A DNA stretch of 64,000 nt from the NCBI GenBank assembly GCA_013265495.1, contig MU058054.1, positions 372,001 through 436,000 of the forward strand, written 5' to 3'. Below, piece after piece: positions 27,001-40,650 of this stretch (within the stretch, counting starts at the first letter, position 1; each line of letters begins with the position of its first letter). The DNA comes from Vicugna vicugna. Its lineage: Eukaryota. The position numbers and the translations under genes are program-made. Under the pieces are notes generated by a model that was given only the letters and a program-made list of their open reading frames with translations, did not search any database and was not told the DNA's origin.

Positions 27001-27189
27001 CACTGGCAATAAACCAAGCTACAAGAAGTGTTATATTTCATTATGCTCAGGAAATGATTTCGGCAGCTACTGCAGTAAATCCAGGCTGTGTTTGGGTAAA
27101 AGACTTGTTGAAAGAAAAGAATTTCCAAAACCCAGTAAGTAGAACGATAAAACCAATTCAAGGTTTATGAGGAAGCGCTTCTGCCAGGT

Positions 27190-27660
27190 TGCTGAGGCCG
27201 TCTTCGAGCCGGCCCCCTGCTACCTCTGCGCTCAGCCTTCCGAGTCCCCTCCCTGCCCACTCCGCTCCGTCTCGCTGGCCTCCCTGCCAGGCTCCTGCTC
27301 TGTGATTCCATATCCCCGGAAAACCCTGCTCCCACATACATGCATGGCCTGCTCCTTGACTTCTTTTTGGGTTTCTGCTCAAATGTTTCTCTTCGAAGAG
27401 AAGCCTTCCTTCCTCAACCACCCACCACGAACAACAGTATCTTCCCACTCCAGACGCCCCCTGTTCTCTCTCCCCTGTTCTTAGCAGCACTGACACACTC
27501 CATTTGTATGTGCAAATCCGCTCCCTCTCAGTCCTCCTCTCTTGAAGGAAAGCTCCAAATAGGCAGAGACTTGATCTGTTTTGTTCACTCCTGTGTCTAG
27601 AATGGTGCCCGGTATGGACAAGAAACAGTACGTGTTGAACAGAACGGTGAATGACTGAAC
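27190..27660 (+). mobile_element. L2 LINE 3' fragment
   Basis: Sequence 'gctccaaataggcagagacttgatctgttttgttcactcctgtgtctagaatggtgcccgg...tgaatgactgaa'. Confidence 0.7.
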
Positions 27661-28103
27661 AGACGGGCAAACACGCTCACCTGGGGAAGCATGAATCCGG
27701 GCTGAGAAGGAGCTGCATCTTTTCCCACTTAATGGCATGGAATAAATATATTTCACTATTAATAAATCTATTTGTAGATGATATTTTTCATTCTGAGAAG
27801 AATCTATGGCATTCAGAAATACTCGTTCAACAAGTATTTACTGACAGCTTACCGTGGACCAGATGTGACAAGAGATGCTGCGGGGAGAAGTGTGAGTGAG
27901 ACCTATCTCGGCCCCTCAGAAGAGTGCAGCCCGAGGAACTGCTGGTGTATGTTTTGACCAAGAACAGTGCAAACGAGAATTCAGGACAATAAAGCTTGCT
28001 ATGTATCCTCTAAATGAGATTTTCTTCCTGAAAAATTGGCAAGCTTCCTATAACAAGAACAGTAAGTTATGTAACTAAATAACTCCCAAGCCTGGCTGTG
28101 CAT

Positions 28104-28128
28104 CAAAACAAAACAAAACAAAACAAAA
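28104..28128. repeat. (CAAAA)5 pentanucleotide repeat
   Basis: caaaacaaaacaaaacaaaacaaaa. Confidence 0.9.
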
Positions 28129-28867
28129 CCTTTTTGAGTTTAAACTCAGATCTACTGAATCAGAAACCAATCTAATACAGCCTCGTCTTCAGGCCAGCAC
28201 TTAGAAAAGACCAACAAAACCTGTTGTATTTCCCTCTAATTTAACTGCTGGCAAGTTCAGGGTATCTGAAGACAAAGTTCATCTATTGTTTAACTTTTTA
28301 AAATCAAGTTTATTCATTAAAAAACCAATTTTATTGCAGTCATTTTGAATATACAGTTTAACGAGTGCAGCAACAGTATACACTCATGTAACCATATCAT
28401 AATCAAGATATGAAACATTTATATCACCCCCAAAAGTTCCCTGTGCCCTTCTAAGGTCAACTCCACCCTGATCTCTGGCAATCACTGACTGGTTTCTGTT
28501 ATGTGAGATGACTTTTGCCTTTTCTACATACATTATAAACCCCATAATATAGTATTATAATTTTTGCTTTAAACCGTCTGATGATTAGTGTTTGGATGGT
28601 ATTTCCCTGTCATTAACATTTAAAGTGGATATCCTGCAGATGGTACACAGCTGGGTCTTAGTTTTTAAACCAGTCTGACAATTTGCGCTTTTCATCTCAG
28701 TATTTATACCATTCACATTTAATGTAATTATTGATATAGCTGAGTTCAACTCCACCATCTTACGATTTGTCCCACGTTTGCTCCTTTTTTCTTCTTTTAT
28801 TGCCTTCTTTTAGATTAGCTGTGCTCTTTTTAGTATTCCACTGATCTCTACTACTGGCTTCTAAATT

Positions 28868-29075
28868 CGAAGCTGGCAAACTTTTTCTGTAAAGGGCCAT
28901 ATTTCAGGTGAAGGGCCACATGGTTTTCCTGCAACTACTGAGCTCTGCCATCGTACTGCAGAAGCAATCTTAGGCGATATGTAAATGAGCTGGCATGGCT
29001 GTGTTCCAACAGTATTTGTTTACAAAAAGAAGTTGTGAGCCAAATTAGGCCCGCGGGCTAAAGTTTGCCAGCCCA
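28868..29075 (+). mobile_element. MER58A-like hAT-Charlie DNA transposon
   Basis: Terminal inverted repeats gctggcaaactt ... aagtttgccagc, with internal 'ggcatggctgtgttccaacag...tttacaaaaag...ggcccgcgggc'. Confidence 0.8.
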
Positions 29076-29152
29076 TTTGAAGTTTCTTTCTTTCTTTTTT
29101 TAATGGCTGTTCTAGGGTTTACAATATGTTTAACTTCTCATCGTCTACTTTC

Positions 29153-29344
29153 TTTCTTTCTTTTTTTTTTTAACGATTTCTTTATTTTCTTTCCACTTTA
29201 TCTTTTTTTTTCTTGGTGGGGAGAGGGGAGGTAATTTGATTTATTTATTCATTTATTTATTTTTAACAGACGTACTGAGGATTAACCCAGGACCTCATGC
29301 ATGCTAAGCCTGCACTCGACCACTGAGCTATATCCTCCCCCTCC
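29153..29344 (-). mobile_element. tRNA-derived SINE (vic-1-like)
   Basis: Plus strand reads gtactgaggattaacccaggacctcatgcatgctaagc...ccactgagctatatcctcccc with a long T-rich tail. TSD tctactttc at 29144-29152 and 29350-29358. Confidence 0.85.
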
Positions 29345-32084
29345 AATATTCTACTTTCAAATATTAGGATATTTAATTTATAATGTAAGAACCTTAGAAC
29401 AGTATGTTTGCATCTTCTTCCTCTCGTCCTTTGTGCTACTGTTATACATCTTTCCTCTACATATGTCATAAACCCCACAATACAGTGTCCTTATTTTTGC
29501 TTTAAATAATAATCTTTTCAAAAATTTAAAGAAAAAAGTGCTTTCTTTGCCTTAAGAAGTCTCCATTTAACCGTTATTCTGGAAAAATAAATTTACTGGC
29601 ATGGAATTCTGGATTCAGCAGGTTTTCTTTTTTTCCAGCACTTTAATGATGCCTTCCCACTACCTTCTGGCTTGCACAGCTTCCGTTATTATTTCTGTTC
29701 CCCTCTATTAGTGTATTATGTTTACTCTGAATATTTTTAAGGTTTTAAAACATCACTGGCTTTCAAGGTGTTTATATTGACGTACTTCGGTATGGTTTGT
29801 GTTTATCCTGGTTAGTTTGTTAGGCTTCTTAGATTTCTGGGTTTATCGGTTTCATCAAACTTGGCAATTTCGGGGAGCATTAGTCCTTCAAATTATTTCC
29901 TGTTCCCTTCTCTTTCTCCTTTGCTTCTGAGACTCCACTTACACACACATCCTAGACTTCTTGATAATGTTTCAAAGATCTCTGAGACTCTGCTCATTTC
30001 TCAAGTTTCTTTTTTCTTTGCAGTAATTTTAGATAATTTCTTTATCGCTAATATTAAGATCACAAACAGTTTCTTCCACAGTGTCCAATCTACTGCTAAT
30101 TCCATCAGGTGAAATTTTTACTTCAGATATTTTATTTTTCATATCTGGGAGTTCCACATGGTTCTTTTTCTATGTCTTCCATCTCTTTCCTCATAATGCT
30201 CATGTTTTCTTTAAAATCTTTGAGTATATTTACCATAACTGTTCTAAAGTGCGTGTTTGCTAAGTGGGAGTAAGGAGAGTCCCATTTCTATCGACTGACT
30301 GTTCTGGTTATGGTCTTCCATCCATTATCATAAGAAAAAAATTTTCAACTTATTGATTTTTATTTAGATGCCAGATATTCTGAACTTATATTGTTGAGCA
30401 AATTTGTTGTAATTCTTTAAACAGTGTTAAACTTGATACTAGAAGGTAGTTAACTTACTTGCAGACAGCCAGATCATACTGAGGATTACTTTGGAGTTTC
30501 TAAGGAAATCCCAGAGCAACCCTCCTTTAGGGCTAGGTTAGCCCCACTATTAAAGCATGACCCCTTTAAAGTCTCTCCTGAATGCTCCAATGTATTCAAA
30601 ATGGTCTCTTTACTCTGGCTGTTTAGAATTTTAAAAATTCCCAACTTTGTGTAAGCTTTAGGAATTGTTTAGCTTACAGATCCCCACAAATTTTCATTCC
30701 TGGACTAGCTTTGCAAGATTCCACCCTACAAGAGCAGAGGTTGACACTCAGTCAAAAAACCTCAAGGAGACTCCCACAAAAGCTTTTGAGCTCTTTCTCT
30801 GCACAGTTCCTGCCTCTCTAGGAGTCTGCCCTGTAAATCCCAGCCATTCTGGCCTTCTTGATATCCAAACTCTGTCTCTTCAGCTCAATAAGATCTCTGA
30901 GCTCTGTTTGGGTTCCCCTTCCCTGTGCTGCAGACCGGAAATTGTCTCCAGGCAGAAAGCATGGGTGATCACAGGCCTCATCTCATCTGTTTCCCTTCTC
31001 TCCAGGATGGCAGTCCTGCACTGCTTGTTATCTAATATCTGAAAACAGATGTTTCATAAATTATGTCTAGCTTCCTCATTGTTTTCAGCGAAGCCCAAGT
31101 GCCATTAGCACTGATGCCTTCCTAAGCAGACGTGGAAATACCTCTTTATTTTAAAATGCTTGTTTTTTGTCTTTTGCTCATTGTTTTGACCTCCCATTGT
31201 AAGCTGCCTCAAATCCTTTTTTGAAATAAATAGGATATAGATAATATTAAGACTTTATTTAGTTAGGCTAAATCTGAATTCATGCGACAGGATCTGAAGC
31301 AAATGGAATCTTTTAAAATGTTGGAATGAGGGTAGCTCTCTGATTTGTTTCACTTTATCTGAATAAAATTGTCTACCTTGTATCGGAAGTATCAATATTG
31401 CTAGTACATAGCCACAGAACTTAGCGCTTCCATGTTTTCATTTAAAACATGCAAATTCTATAATTCTCAAGAATAGCTCCAGGAATACTAAAAAGATTTT
31501 TTGGGTTTTTTTTTTTTCTTGCTTTTTTTTCAGCTTCATTCCAAACGATAAACAACAGCACAACCGATTAGGCAAGAACGATTGCTTTTAAGGAGATAGT
31601 TACATCTATGTTTATTTTAATACACTCTCAAGTCATGGCAAACAGCAACTGAGAGCACACAGCTTTTCATCATTTAGCTCACTTAAAAACATCATAGTCT
31701 TTCTTCTGTAAGCAAAGTGCAGAAAAGATGAGTCATTAAAGTGACTGATTGGAGGTGGCAATCATCAGGGCAGATGTAAGTCATTTTGGTTTAATCAGGC
31801 CATTAATTATTAGGGTTTATCAATTAGTTTTATTGAAGGCAAAGGAGCTTAAATGAATAGTAGGGCATTGATTTTTAACTGAATCATTTTCTAAAAGAAA
31901 ATACAAATGAGGTGTTTAGAATTTGAAATTGCATACAGGTCCTTTTCATACCACTAAAAAGAAATCAGCTTCATCTAATATAAACTATAAGCCTTTAATA
32001 AAAAAACAAAATTAACTCTAATCCGTTGCATTACATATAAAATAACATATTTTAATGTTCCCTAATTTGAGATTTTCTTTAAAT

Positions 32085-35000
32085 TAAGAAAAAAAGAGAG
32101 AGGGCTCATAAATAAAATCAGAAAAGAAAGAGGAGGTGTTACAGCTGACACCACAGAAATACAAAGTATCATAAGAGACCACTATGAATAATTGTATGCC
32201 AACAAATTGGACAACCTAGAAGAAATGGATAAACTCCTATAACCATACAAACTTCCAAAGCTGAATCATGAAGATATGGAGACTCTAAAGAGACCAATTA
32301 CTAGTAAGGAGATTAAATCAACAATTTAAAAACTTCCTAAAAACAGAAGACCAGGACCAGATGGCTTCACTAGTGAATTCTACCAAATACTCAAAGAAAA
32401 ATTAATACCAATCCTTCTTAAACTCTTCCAAAAGACAGAAGAAAAGGGAACAGTTTCAAACTCATTTTACAAGGGCAGACTTACCCTGATACCAAAACCA
32501 GACAAAAATACCACAGGAGAAGAAAATTACAGGCCTAAATCCCTGATGAACACAAATGCAAAAATTCTTAACAAAATATTAGCACACTGAACTCAATAGC
32601 ACATTAAAAGGATCATACACCATAATCAAGTGGGATTTATTTCAGGGATGCAAGAATGGTTCAATATCTGCAAATCAATCAACATGATACATAACATTAA
32701 CAAAATAAAGGATAAAAATCACACAATCATCTTAATAGAAGCAGACAAAAACATCTGACAAAATTCAACATCCTTTTTTGATTAAAAACTCTCAACTAAG
32801 TGGGTACAGAGGGAACATACCTCACATACCTCAACATGATAAAGGCCATATATGATAAGCCCATAGCCAACATCATACTCAATGGTGAAAAGCTAACACT
32901 TTTCTTCTAAGGTAAGGAACAAAACAAGGATGCCCACTTTTGTCACTTTCATTCAACACATATTGGCAGTCCCAGTCAGAACAATTAAGCAAGAAAAGGA
33001 AATAAAAGGCATCTAAATTGGAAAGGCAGATGTCATATTCACAGATGTCATCAATATATATATATATTTCTAAACACCTCACCAAAAAACTGTTAGAACA
33101 AATAAATGAATCTAGTAAAGTTGCAGGATACAAAATCAGTATACAGAAATTTGTTGTGTTTCTATATACTAATAATGAATTATCAGAGAGAGAAATAAGG
33201 AAAACCATTCCATTTACAATTGTGTCAAAAAGAACAAAATATGTAGGGAATAAATTTAAGGAGGTAAAAGACCTATACACTGAACAATGTAAGACAATGA
33301 TGAAAGAAACTGAAGAAGATACAAATAAACTAAAGATATTCGGTACTCATGGATTGGAAGAATTAATATTATTCAAATGTCCACCTTACTCAAAGCAAAT
33401 TACAGATTCGATGCAATCCCTATCAAAAATCTAATGGCACTTTTCACAGAAACAGAACAATTCTAAAATTTGTATGGAACCACAAAAGATCCCTGAATAG
33501 CCAAAGCAATCTTGAGAAAGAAGAATGAAGCTGGAGGCTTCACACGCCTTGATTTCAAACTATATTACAAAGCTATAGTAATCAAAATGGTATGATATGG
33601 GCATAAAAACAGACACATAGATCAATGGACAGAATAGAGAGCCCAGAAATAAACCCACATTCACACAATCAATTGATGACAAAAAAGCCAAGGATACAAA
33701 ATGGAAAAAGGACAGTCTCTTAAATAAATGGTGTTGGGAAAACTGGACAGCCACATTTAAAAAAATGAAACTGGACCATTATCTCACACCACACACAAAA
33801 ACTCATTCAAAATGGATGAGAGATTTGCATATAAGACCTGAAACCATGAAACCCCCAGAAGAAAACACAGGAGGTAAGCTCCTTGACATCGGTCTTGGCA
33901 GTAAGTTTTTGATTCGACCTCAAAAGCAAAAGCAAAAGCAACAAAAGCAAACATAAGCAAGTGGGACTACATCAAACTAAAAAGCTTTGCACAGCAGAGG
34001 AAGCCATCAACAAAATGAAAAGGCAACCAACTGAATGAGAGGAAATATTTGCAAATCGACCATCTGATAAAGGGTTAGTACCTAAAATATATAAAGAACT
34101 CAAACAACTTAACAGTTTAAAAAAATCTGATTAAAAATGAGCAGAGGAACTGAAGAGACATTCTTCTCAATAAGACATATAGATGGCCAACAGGGACATG
34201 AAAAGGTGCTCCACATCACTCATCGTCAGGGAAATGTAAATTAAAACCGCAGTGATATATCACTTCACACCTGATCAAATGGCTATTATCAAAAAGATAA
34301 GAAATAACAAGTGCTGGCAAGGATGTGGAGAAAAGGGAACACTTGTGCACCGCTGATGGAAATGAAAATTGGTACACCCACTATGGAAAACAGTATGGAG
34401 ATTCCTCAAAATATTAAAAATAGAACTACCATGAGATCCAGCAAGTCCACTTCTGGGCATTTATGCAAAAACAAACAAACAAACAAAACAAAAACAAAAA
34501 CTATGAACTCCAAAAGATATATACACATGTTCATTGCAGCATGATTTATAATAGCCAAATAGGGAAATAAATGTCCATTGACAAATAAAGAAAATATGGC
34601 ATAAATTTACAATGAAGTATTATTCGGCCATAAAATACAGTAAAATCTTGTCATTTGAGACAACACAGATGGACCCTGAGGGCACTGTGCTAATCAGATA
34701 GAGAAACATAAATACCACATGGTTGCCCTGATAAGTGGAATCTAAACACAACAATAACAAAAATAAAAACAAGCCCACAGGTACAAAGAACACATTGGTG
34801 TTTGCCAGAGGAGGGGCACGGGGGTAAAATGGCTCTAAGAGTCTAACGTACAGACTTCTGTTTTTCAAGTAAGTATGTCTCAGGGATGTAATGTACAGCA
34901 TGGCAACTACATTTAATAATACTGTACTGCATATTTTAAAGTTGCCAAGAAAATTAATTATGAAAGTTATCACAAGAAAAAAAATTTGTAACAATGTATG

Positions 35001-35120
35001 GTGATAGATGTTAACTAGACTCACTGTAGCAATCATTTCATAATACATTCAAATATCGAATCATTATGTCATACACCTGAAGCTAATGTAATGTTGTATG
35101 TCAATTATCAATTTAAAAAG
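32085..35120 (+). mobile_element. 5'-truncated LINE-1 (~3 kb): disabled ORF2 reverse transcriptase and C-terminal region plus 3'UTR
   Basis: ORF2-like peptides ([47 protein letters not shown] in ORF 33018..33434) with many stops and frameshifts. The L1 3' end reads 'catacacctgaagctaatgtaatgttgtatgtcaattat'. Confidence 0.95.
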
Positions 35121-35129
35121 ATACTTAAA

Positions 35130-35490
35130 AAAAGGAATGGACTGCTCACATACCCATGCTACTAAATGAAGAAAACTCAAAAAGATTATGCTAAATGAAA
35201 AAATGAGACAGAAAAGACTTTCTAATGTATTAATCTGTTTACGTAAAATGTCTAGAAGAGGCAAATCTATAAATTCAGGAAACAGATTAGTGATTCTCAG
35301 AGGCTGGGGCTGGGAGCAGGAGGTGACTGCAAATGGACATTAGGATTCTTTTCTGGGGTGATGGAAAACGTTCTCAAGTGGATTATGCTGACGGTTACAC
35401 AATTCTGTAACTTATTAACGATGCCCAAATCGCACACTTAAAATGGATGAACTTTGTGATACGCAAATTTCATAATAAAGCTGTTTGAGA
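35130..35490 (+). mobile_element. Older L1M 3' end fragment
   Basis: Sequence 'attatgctaaatgaaaaaatgagacagaaaagac...ggcaaatctata...ttctggggtgatggaaaacgttct...aataaagctgtt'. Confidence 0.7.
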
Positions 35491-36467
35491 AAATCAGCCT
35501 CAAAACACAGCCATGTAACTTCTTATTAGCTTCTCCACAGTTTTTCAGGTGTTCAGTGAGCCCTGTGGTTACTTTTCTACTCTATTTATAACAAAATACC
35601 AGGCATCAGTTAATTACACTGATCATATACCACATATTAATTGTAAAATGGTTATTCCCTCTCAAAACCGACATGCTCTGGAAGGCCTAACTGTGATTAT
35701 AAATATTTTTTAAAGGTTACTTCTGTGTATTTAAGATTATTCCCCCAAATGACTAAGGCTATGTACACAAAATGTGAAAACAATTGGTTCAAACACGTTA
35801 ATTTTATCAACCAATCGTAGTTGCCTCAATAATCTCCAGTCACTGCTCTGGCTGATTTTCAGGCTGGACTTCTTTTTTTTCCCACTGAATTGACCAAATT
35901 GACTGTGGAAATTGGTATCATGTTGAGACAAACCCTTGTTGCCACCCATAACCGCCTCATGCAGGAAACTGTATCTTTACACATGCTGCATCAATTAGCC
36001 ATTAAAGGATCCACAAAAACAGCCTCAAGCTGAAGCTCGCTAATAAAGGCCCAGAAGAGCATGTGCTTTCCGCAGCTCTTCACAAAGGCTCCCCCGCCCA
36101 CTGCCCAGCCCCCGCCCCCAACACAATCAGGGGTCAGTGTGGGAGGTGACCCTTGCTCAGGAAGTGGCTGGGTACCGAGGGGGTCGTTCAAAACCGATAA
36201 ATGAAACCTCTTTCACAGAACTACAGTTGGAGTTAGCCAATGTGTTTTACATAGCAGGGCCCTACCCATCAATTTCCTTTAAGTTTAGTCCCAAAGAAAA
36301 CCATGACTTCGTACATGTGACTCTGCTTTCCCATCAGAAAAAGAAAATCCATGCAAACTGAGGACCCCCTTTTTGCTGTGATCTGCTTGTATCAGGTGCT
36401 GGTGATTCTCTCTCACTTCTGCTCCCTTTTGGTCTCTGTTTTGTTTTATATTTAAAGTATTTAGAAA

Positions 36468-36870
36468 TTGTCATACTAAGTGAAGCCAGAAAGAGAAAGA
36501 AAAATACCAAATGATATCACTTATATGTGGAATCTTAAAAAAAAATGGGATATATGAATTTATTTACAAAACAGAAATAGAATCACAGACATAGAAAACA
36601 AACCTGTGGTTACCATGAGTGGGAAGAGCAGGTGGTGAAGGGATAAACTGAGAGTCTGGGATTTACAGATACTAACTACTATATATAAAATAGATAAACA
36701 GCAAGGTCCCACTGTATAGTACTGGGAACTATATTCAATACCTTGTAATAGCCTATAATGAATAATATATATATATATATATGTGTGTGTGTATGTATAA
36801 CTGAATCACTATGCTGTACACCAGAAATTAACACAACATTGTAGACTGACTATACTTCAATTAAAAAAAA
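36468..36870 (+). mobile_element. LINE-1 3' end with an internal (TA)n(TG)n microsatellite
   Basis: 'gtcatactaagtgaagccagaaagagaaagaaaaatacc...ttgtagactgactatacttcaatt' followed by an A tail. Confidence 0.9.
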
Positions 36871-37999
36871 ATCAATCTTCCTTAAAGAAATTAATTTGCT
36901 CTATTCTTTCATGTGTAAGCCTCACGGAATGCTTTTAGAAACAGGCACAGTACAATCCTTAAGGAAACATGAGTTCAGTTTTAAATTACGGTATGTGGCT
37001 TTACTACAGGATGATAATGGAAGCAGAAATAAACTTCTCTTCAACTTTCTCTCTCTATAAAGCAATGACACTGTTTTGCTTGAATGCCAGAAATCCACTC
37101 TCAAGTTTAAGAGAAGCCAGAGGACATACTGGCAGGTCTTCACTCCTAGTAACCTTTCCTAGCACTATGCCAGGGTGCTTCAGCAAACGTCTCATTATGT
37201 TTAACTGTCTTATGAAAACACAACAACTAATATATCTATCTAGCTATTTCTTGGTGACTGCATTCTAATGAATGAGAACAGCAGGTACAATTAAATACAG
37301 ACTATGCTGACATTCCGCATTACAAATTCATCTGTGCACAACAGGAACACACTTAAGAGAAAACCACAATGCAACATAAAAGTTATTCTAATCATTCCAT
37401 CGCACAGTAAAGGGTAAGTCATCCAAACATTCTTGCAAAAGCCTTAAATAAAATTAAGCAGCATCATTAGCCATCCTAGAGGCAGTTACCATCTAAAGTC
37501 TCATGATTCAGCTCTGAATGGAAGCAACAAATGTGGTTCTCCTCCTTCTTGTACGATGATAAAGGCAGGAGACATGTAGCCTTTACAAGGCTAACACCAG
37601 GGACAAAAAGGCTTGAGCTTCTCAATTTTGCCTTCGTTTTAGTAAGTGAACGAGGTACCCTTCTAATATTGTGGATCTTAGATTCCTACTTGGCAACATA
37701 CTCTGGTTGATGTCTGGGAAACACCAGGTGTGGACGAACAAGTTCCTGGGAGCTAGAAGAAACCTATATTCTGCTCCATCTCTGAACAATCTGCTTTCCA
37801 TAAGATAACACCCATTATAAGACTCCTACTGATTACAAAAGCTTTTCAGTGAAAAAGGAAAGAGAGCAATGAAATGCCACATTGAATGTGTAAATAAATT
37901 GTAAGATACATTTTGATTATAAACTTGACTATAAGCAGTATGTCCAGAAGACCAACCCTGGTACATTGTTCTAAAGAAATTAACAAAAATAAGAGCAAA

Positions 38000-38190
38000 T
38001 AACACTTCTCTGGCACGTGCTATATGCCAAGCACTGGGCTAAATGCATCATCATCATATGCATTATATCCCATTTAATTCTCATCATAACCCTCGAGATA
38101 GTTACTACTGTTAACCCCATTTTATAGATGAGAAAACTGAGGCTCAATTTAATGAAATTACTTGCTAAAGGTCACACAACTAGAGACTCC
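38000..38190 (-). mobile_element. MIR SINE
   Basis: Core 'ccccattttatagatgagaaaactgaggctc...cttgctaaaggtcacacaact'. Confidence 0.75.
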
Positions 38191-39689
38191 AACCCTAATT
38201 CTTGAGCCTTACCAAACTGCGTTATGTTTATGAGATATATCTCATCTGAACTTATGAGCTGGATCATTATCTCAGCTTTGGCAATGAATAGCTGGGTTGA
38301 TCTTCAGATATTTCATTTTAGATTTTTCTACTTCTCACATAAAGTAGATATAGGAGGGAAGTTTGGGGATGGTTCTATTCTCTCATTTAACGTCTTGCTG
38401 CTAGTCTTGAGAAGTAGTTAGTCAAACTATAATTATTATGTGCCAGGCACGGTGCTATGACCTCAAAGAGGTTAAGGAATGGATCCAAGGCCATATAGCT
38501 GAGTTGAATTTAGAGGCAGAAGCTGAACTTAAATCTGGGTCTGACCCTAAATCTAGAGCTGCTCCACCAGGCTACCAACCACGTATCACCTTTCTTGAGA
38601 CTAAGTTACAAGGCTTTTCAAGCCTTAGTTTCCTCATCTGAAAATGGGGAGACAGTGATGCCTTCCTTGAAAGGTTATCAAGAAGCTTAAATAAAATAAT
38701 ATACACAAAAGATCTAACACAGTAGTATGCAGAAGGCACTCAACGAATGATAATATTAATAACAATAGTAACTACTATTGCACCCAATCCAGAAGGCGCT
38801 TAATCCCCCACAGCAAAAGAATGGCCTTGATTTCCATGGTGCTCATCACCTTAAACCATGCCTTTGGAGAAAGGGAGGGATTTGCAGAGGCCTTCTAACT
38901 GCTAAACTTTCTTGGATGTTCTGAGGATATCTTAATTTAACACTACAAAGAGGAACAAAGGATGAGTTTCAACTAAGCAACATCACAAAAAAATTCCAGG
39001 AGAAAAACATTATTCCCAAAAAATTATGATTCAATTTATATCTCTAATAAAAATGCACCAGCACACAATCAGCGCCACAAATGAACTGCGGTCTCCAACC
39101 TCTACCAGCAGAAATGACTCATTACACAGCTGTTCTGCTGCCTCTGACGAGCTCCTGAACTTCACAGTTCGGTAAGAGACAAAGCTATGACCAGGGCTTG
39201 ATGAATCCAACATTTATCAGACCACAGGCAGAGCGCATCATGCTGGGTGACTGGACGGGGTACCATGAAGAACTGTGAGTCAGACACACAAAGATCACGT
39301 AACCTGCTTTGAATCCCACCCCCAGTAAGGCACAAGGATCTTAGGGGAGGAGACGGGGGACTAAACGCCTCTCCTGTTTGTACTCCCTCCCTGTGTGGCA
39401 CATGCCTTCTCCTCTCCTCTAAGGCTTCCACTGATACTCATTTGCAGAATGGAAGAGGAAGGTGGCCTGCATGGTAACTGCCCGGGGTGCCTCACCTTCT
39501 TAGAGATGTCCTAAAAGGGGTGACTCCGTCTGTGGTAAATCCTATCACAGACGCATGGGTGAAAGAAAAGCTAAGTCTAGGACAACCCTCTCTGATTAAG
39601 CAGACCACCCCAAATACACATACTTATAATAAGAGCATATTTATCATTATTATTATTGTTGTTGTTTTATCATTAGTAAGCTTTTTGAG

Positions 39690-40650
39690 ATACTTGCAGG
39701 CTCGCACGCAGTTATAAAAATAACAGACATCCTGTATACCCTCTTTATCCATTTCCTCCCAACAGTCACACCTTGAAAGACTACAGTACAGTATCACAAC
39801 AGGGTACTGATGTGCACACAGTCAAGACGGAGCATGTGTCCATCACCATACCCTTTCATAGCCACACGACTTCCTTCCTACCTCGGCACCCTCTCACTGG
39901 CCTCTGGAAACCACTAATCTGCTCACCATTTCTATAATTTTGACATTGCAAGGATGCTATAAAAATGGAACCGCACAATATGTAACCTTTTGTGACTGGC
40001 TTTTTCCCCTTAGCATTATCCTCTGGAGATTTATTCAGGTTATGTGTATCAGTAATGCATTCCTTTTTACTGCTGAGTAGTATATGGGATAACATAGCGC
40101 AGTTTGTTTAACCATTCACTCAACTGAAGGACACCGGGACATCGGTTTCCAGTTTGAGTCTATTATGAACAAAGCTACTGTAAACATATGTGTACAGTTT
40201 TTTTTTAAATGTGAACACAAGTCTTCATTTCTCTGGGATAGATGCCCAGGAGTGCAACTGCTGGGTCGTATGGTGGCTACAAGTTCAGATTTTTAAGAAA
40301 TGCCATATTGTTCTCCAGTGGGGCTATATCATTTGACATTCCTATCTGCAATGTATTAGCGATCTAATTTCTCTGCATCCTTGCCAGCATTTGGTGCTAT
40401 CATTATTTTATTTTACTTTTTTTTACTTTTAACAATTCTGGTAGGTATGTAGTAATATCTCATTGTGGTTTTAATTTGCATTTTCTTAACGGCTAATGAT
40501 ACTGAAACCCTTTCCTATGCTTATTTTCCATTTGTATATCTTCTTCAGTGGAATGTCTCTTCATGTCTTTTGCTCATTTTGGGGCAGGAGGGGGATTGTT
40601 TGGTTTCTTTGACTGTTGAGTTTTAAGAGTCCTTTATACACTCTAGACAC
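39690..40650 (-). mobile_element. Old L1M 3' fragment
   Basis: Antisense L1 3' sequence ('ctggaaaccactaatctgctc', 'cattcactcaactgaaggaca', 'ctctgcatccttgccagcatttggt', 'cattgtggttttaatttgcattttc'). Confidence 0.85.

Larger units (their letters stand above)
28545..31130 (-). mobile_element. Ancient L1M 5'/ORF1/ORF2-start remnant, interrupted by a MER58A-like element and a SINE
   Basis: Antisense L1 phrases ('ccagtctgacaat...ccattcacatttaatgtaattattgatat', 'ctggcatggaattctgg', 'ttcatcaaacttggcaatttc', 'ccttcaaattatttc'). Confidence 0.6.

Noticed and set aside
27158..27670. 170-aa minus-strand ORF and overlapping ORFs
   Set aside because: They lie within a GC-richer L2 remnant and show no protein family features.
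33018..33956. Reverse-transcriptase-like ORFs as a functional or domesticated gene
   Set aside because: They are fragments of a 5'-truncated L1 ORF2 with multiple stops and frameshifts and a TA expansion near the catalytic motif.
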